NCBI GenBank assembly: GCA_038087875.1
Contig: CM075988.1
Location: forward strand, 10,480,001-10,544,000
From: Malacoraja senta
Taxonomy: Eukaryota
DNA length: 64,000 bases
Direction of reading: 5' to 3'
Part shown: positions 60,798 to 64,000 of the stretch, piece after piece
How the letters are laid out: the number at the start of each line of letters is the position of its first letter
Position numbering within the stretch: position 1 is the first letter of the stretch
Notes under the pieces: model-generated
What the model was told of the DNA's origin: nothing
Database searches by the model: none
What the model saw: only the letters and a program-made list of their open reading frames with translations
Translations under genes and position numbers: made by a program

Positions 60798-60978
60798 TTC
60801 AGAACTGCTGTAGATTTGGGAGCAACAGCAGCAGGAGATTAGCAAGAGATACGACTGATTGGCTCTAGCCCGAGTGGGAGGAGAGAAGTGAGTCAGAGGG
60901 GGGAAAAACAGTTGAAAAGTAGAAGCCAAGCACAGGCAGACTTTATTCTTAATAGGACCAGTTAATTACTTATATAAG

Positions 60979-61932
60979 ATGGGTGGCCAGGAGATGTGCC
61001 AATACTGTGAGATGTGGGAAATTGTCGACACCATTGATGTAGATGATCCCTACAGCTGCAGTAAGTGTTTGAAGCTAGCGGAACTCGAGCTCCGCATTGA
61101 TGAGCTGGAGACCCAACTTCATACGCTGCGGTGCATCAGGGAGGGGGAGTATTACCTGGATGTTTTGTGCCAGGGGATGGTCACACTGACCAGTTTAACT
61201 AATTCAGTAGTTAGTGAGCAGGGAAAGGAAGGTGTGGCCATAAGCGAGGCAGGTAGGGGGAACCAGGAGGAGATGCGGCAGGAGCCACAGCCCTTGTCCC
61301 TGACGAGCATGACCGAGGCTCTTACTCAATGTGAGGATGGGATCAGGGGCTGTGGGAGGGATGAGCAACCTGGCTGCAGCACCGTGGATCAGGGGGCCAT
61401 TCAAGAGGGGGGAGTTAGAAGAAATGCCGTGGTGATAGGGGATAGTATTATTCGGGGGGTAGATAAGGTTCTCTGCGGCCAGCAGAACATGTCCCGAAGG
61501 CTGTGTTGCCTACCCGGTGCTAGGGTTAAGGATATCTCTGCGATGCTGGAGAGAAATTTGCAGAGTGAGGGGGAGGATCCAGTGGTCGTGGTCCATGTGG
61601 GGACCAATGACATAGGAAGGACGAGGAAGGAGGATCTGCTGAACGAGTTTGAGCAGTTAGGGAATAAATTAAAAAGCAGAACCTCGAGGGTACTGATCTC
61701 CGGATTGCTACCTGAGCCACGGGCCAAATCGGCGAGGGTACGAAAAATTAAAAAGCTGAATGCGTGGCTCAAAGACTGGTGTGGGAAAAATGGGTTTGGT
61801 TTCTTGGGCCACTGGCACCAGTACTGGGACAGGGGGGATCTGTTCTGTAAGGACGGACTTCACCTGAACGGTGCTGGGACTGGGGTCCTGGCAAATCATA
61901 TAACTAGGGCAGTAGAGAGGTCTTTAAACTAA
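60979..61932 (+). CDS. CR1 ORF1p: CxxC...CxxC zinc finger, coiled coil, SGNH/GDSL esterase
   Basis: CQYC...CSKC, LAELELRIDELETQL, VIGDSII, LPGA, HVGTND, DGLHLN. Confidence 0.92.
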   Translation: MGGQEMCQYCEMWEIVDTIDVDDPYSCSKCLKLAELELRIDELETQLHTLRCIREGEYYLDVLCQGMVTLTSLTNSVVSEQGKEGVAISEAGRGNQEEMRQEPQPLSLTSMTEALTQCEDGIRGCGRDEQPGCSTVDQGAIQEGGVRRNAVVIGDSIIRGVDKVLCGQQNMSRRLCCLPGARVKDISAMLERNLQSEGEDPVVVVHVGTNDIGRTRKEDLLNEFEQLGNKLKSRTSRVLISGLLPEPRAKSARVRKIKKLNAWLKDWCGKNGFGFLGHWHQYWDRGDLFCKDGLHLNGAGTGVLANHITRAVERSLN

Positions 61933-62021
61933 GTAGCGGGGGGGAGGTATCAAGGGGGGTAATAACGGCAGGGGTAGAGGAAATAGAGCAGGGTATCAGT
62001 GGGGAAACGGAAAATCAAAAT

Positions 62022-64000
62022 GTGACAGGAGGATCCAGAATGTGTGAAGATAAAGCTCTAGATGTAAAAGGGGCAAAAACAGAAAGGAAGGGTAGTAAAA
62101 ATCATCTGAAAGTGCTGTATCTAAATGCACGGAGTATTCGAAATAAGATAAATGAATTAACGGTGCAATTAAGTACATATAGTTATGATATCGTGGCCAT
62201 TACAGAGACATGGCTGCAAGGGGATCAGGATTGGGAGTTAAATATAGAGGGGTACTCGACAATTAGAAAAGATAGACAGGAAAGAAAGGGAGGAGGGGTG
62301 GCCCTTTTAATAAGGGAGGGAATAACGGCAATAGAGAGGAAGGATATTGCGTTGAAGGATCAGGATAGTGAAACAGCTTGGGTACAGATAGAGAATAACA
62401 AGGGGAAAAAAACACTAGTGGGTGTAATTTATAGACCTCCAAATAGCTGTGACGCTGTTAGTCAGAACATAAATCTGCAAATAGTTGACGCATGTAAAAA
62501 GGGAACTGCTGTAATCATGGGGGACTTCAATTTTCATATTAATTGGGCAAACCAAACTGGGCAGGGTAGACTAGAGGAAGAGTTTATAGAATGTATTAGA
62601 GACGGGTTCCTAGAACAGTATGTCACAGAACCGACAAGGAGGGAGGCAATCTTGGATCTGGTCCTGTGTAATGAAGCAGGATTAATTAAAAATGTCATAG
62701 TTAGGGACTCGTTGGGAACAAGTGACCACAATATGGTCGAATTCCATATTCAAATAGAAGGAGAGCAGGTTGAAACTCAGGCTAGGGTACTTAGTCTAAA
62801 TAAAGGGGATTATGAAGGTATGAGGACTGAGCTGATCAAAGTTGACTGGGATAGCAGACTCAAGAATAAGACGGTACATGAGCAGTGGTGTACGTTTAAG
62901 GATCTACTGTATAACCTTCAAGAAAAATTTATTCCTATGAAGAAAAAAAGTGGTAAGGGAAAGAACAGTCAGCCATGGCTCAGTAAAACTATAAAGGATA
63001 GTATTCGGCTGAAGGCAAGGGCATATAAGGTAGCTAGAGATAGTGGGAGGGTAGAGGATTGGGAAGCATTTAAAGGTCAGCAAAAAATAACTAAGAGATT
63101 AATTAAGACGGGGAAAATAGACTATGAAAGGAATTTAGCGAACAACATAAAAACTAATAGAAAGAGTTTTTATAGCTATATAAAAAGAAAAAGGGTGGCT
63201 AAGGTGAACGTTGGTCCATTGGAGGGTGAGACTGGAGAGTTGTTGGTGGGGAACATGGAAATGGCAAAGGCATTAAACGAGTATTTTGTATAGTCTTCAC
63301 CATAGAAGACACAAAAAATATTCCAACGCTGGATAAACAGGGGGCGGTAGGAATGGAGGAGCTAAATACTATTAAGATCACCAAGGAGGTGGTATTAGGG
63401 AAATTAATGAGACTGAAGGAGGATAAATCCCCTGGGCCTGATGGATTACATCCAAGGGTCTTGAGGGAGATAGCGGTGGGGATTGTGGATGCATTGGTGA
63501 TAATTTTCCAAAACTCCCTGGAGGCAGGAACGGTCCCAGTGGATTGGAAAATGGCCAATGTAACACCTATATTTAAAAAAGGAAGTAAACAGAAGGCGGG
63601 TAACTATAGACCGGTTAGTCTAACATCGGTGGTGGGTAAAATGTTAGAGACAATTATTAAAGAAACACTAACGGGGCACTTGGATAAACATGACTTCATC
63701 GGACAGAACCAGCATGGTTTTGTGAAGGGGAAGTCCTGTTTAACGAATCTGCTCGAATTCTTTGAGGAAGTAACAACCCGGGTGGATAAAGGGGAACCAG
63801 TGGATGTGGTATACTTGGACTTCCAAAAGGCTTTTGACAAGGTGCCACATAAGAGACTATTGCTAAAAATAAAAAATTATGGGATTGGGGGTAATATATT
63901 AGCATGGGTAGAAGATAGGCTAACAAATAGGAAGCAGAGAGTGGGGATAAATGGTTCATACTCGGGATGGCAACCGGTAACTAGTGGGGTTCCGCAAGGG
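62022..64000 (+). pseudogene. CR1 ORF2p (APE endonuclease plus RT) with a single 1-nt frameshift near 63291
   Basis: YLNARS, ITETWL, YRPP, GDFN, LDLV, SDHN up to TAG at 63291-63293; shifted frame 63293-64000 is open: KSPGPDG, NYRPVSLTS, QHGF, YLDFQKAFDKVPH, SGVPQG. Confidence 0.9.

Larger units (their letters stand above)
60798..64000 (+). mobile_element. Near-full-length young CR1 LINE (continues past the window end)
   Basis: Short 5'UTR with CTGATTGG, intact ORF1, ORF2 with APE endonuclease and RT. Confidence 0.93.

Overview
This is eukaryotic vertebrate DNA, AT-rich and dense in repeats. The repeat set (tRNA-derived HE1-type V-SINEs with (ACTAA)n tails, a DeuSINE/SacSINE1-like relic, CR1, L1, Rex1/Babar and Penelope-like fragments) points to a cartilaginous fish, probably a skate or ray (inference). 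I found no recognisable host exon, so the window looks like a large intron or gene desert. Main elements: (1) an apparently intact, very young Ty3/Gypsy (Mag-like) LTR retrotransposon at 8854-13599, with 204-bp LTRs differing at one base, an AGTTC TSD and one 1400-codon gag-pol ORF; (2) a non-autonomous Helitron-like element at 38858-40045 that carries a compact Pol II promoter-like module directly upstream of a 14 x 41-bp array, with a 30-bp array after it; (3) many Penelope-derived fold-back repeats with minimal hammerhead-ribozyme cores; (4) two Harbinger-type MITEs and a TA-flanked 1.4-kb TIR element; (5) two L1 copies with TSDs; (6) a near-full-length CR1 with an esterase ORF1 that runs off the right edge; (7) several repeat-free blocks rich in Pbx/Hox motifs that may be enhancers. 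Boundaries of degenerate repeats are approximate and were read by eye.
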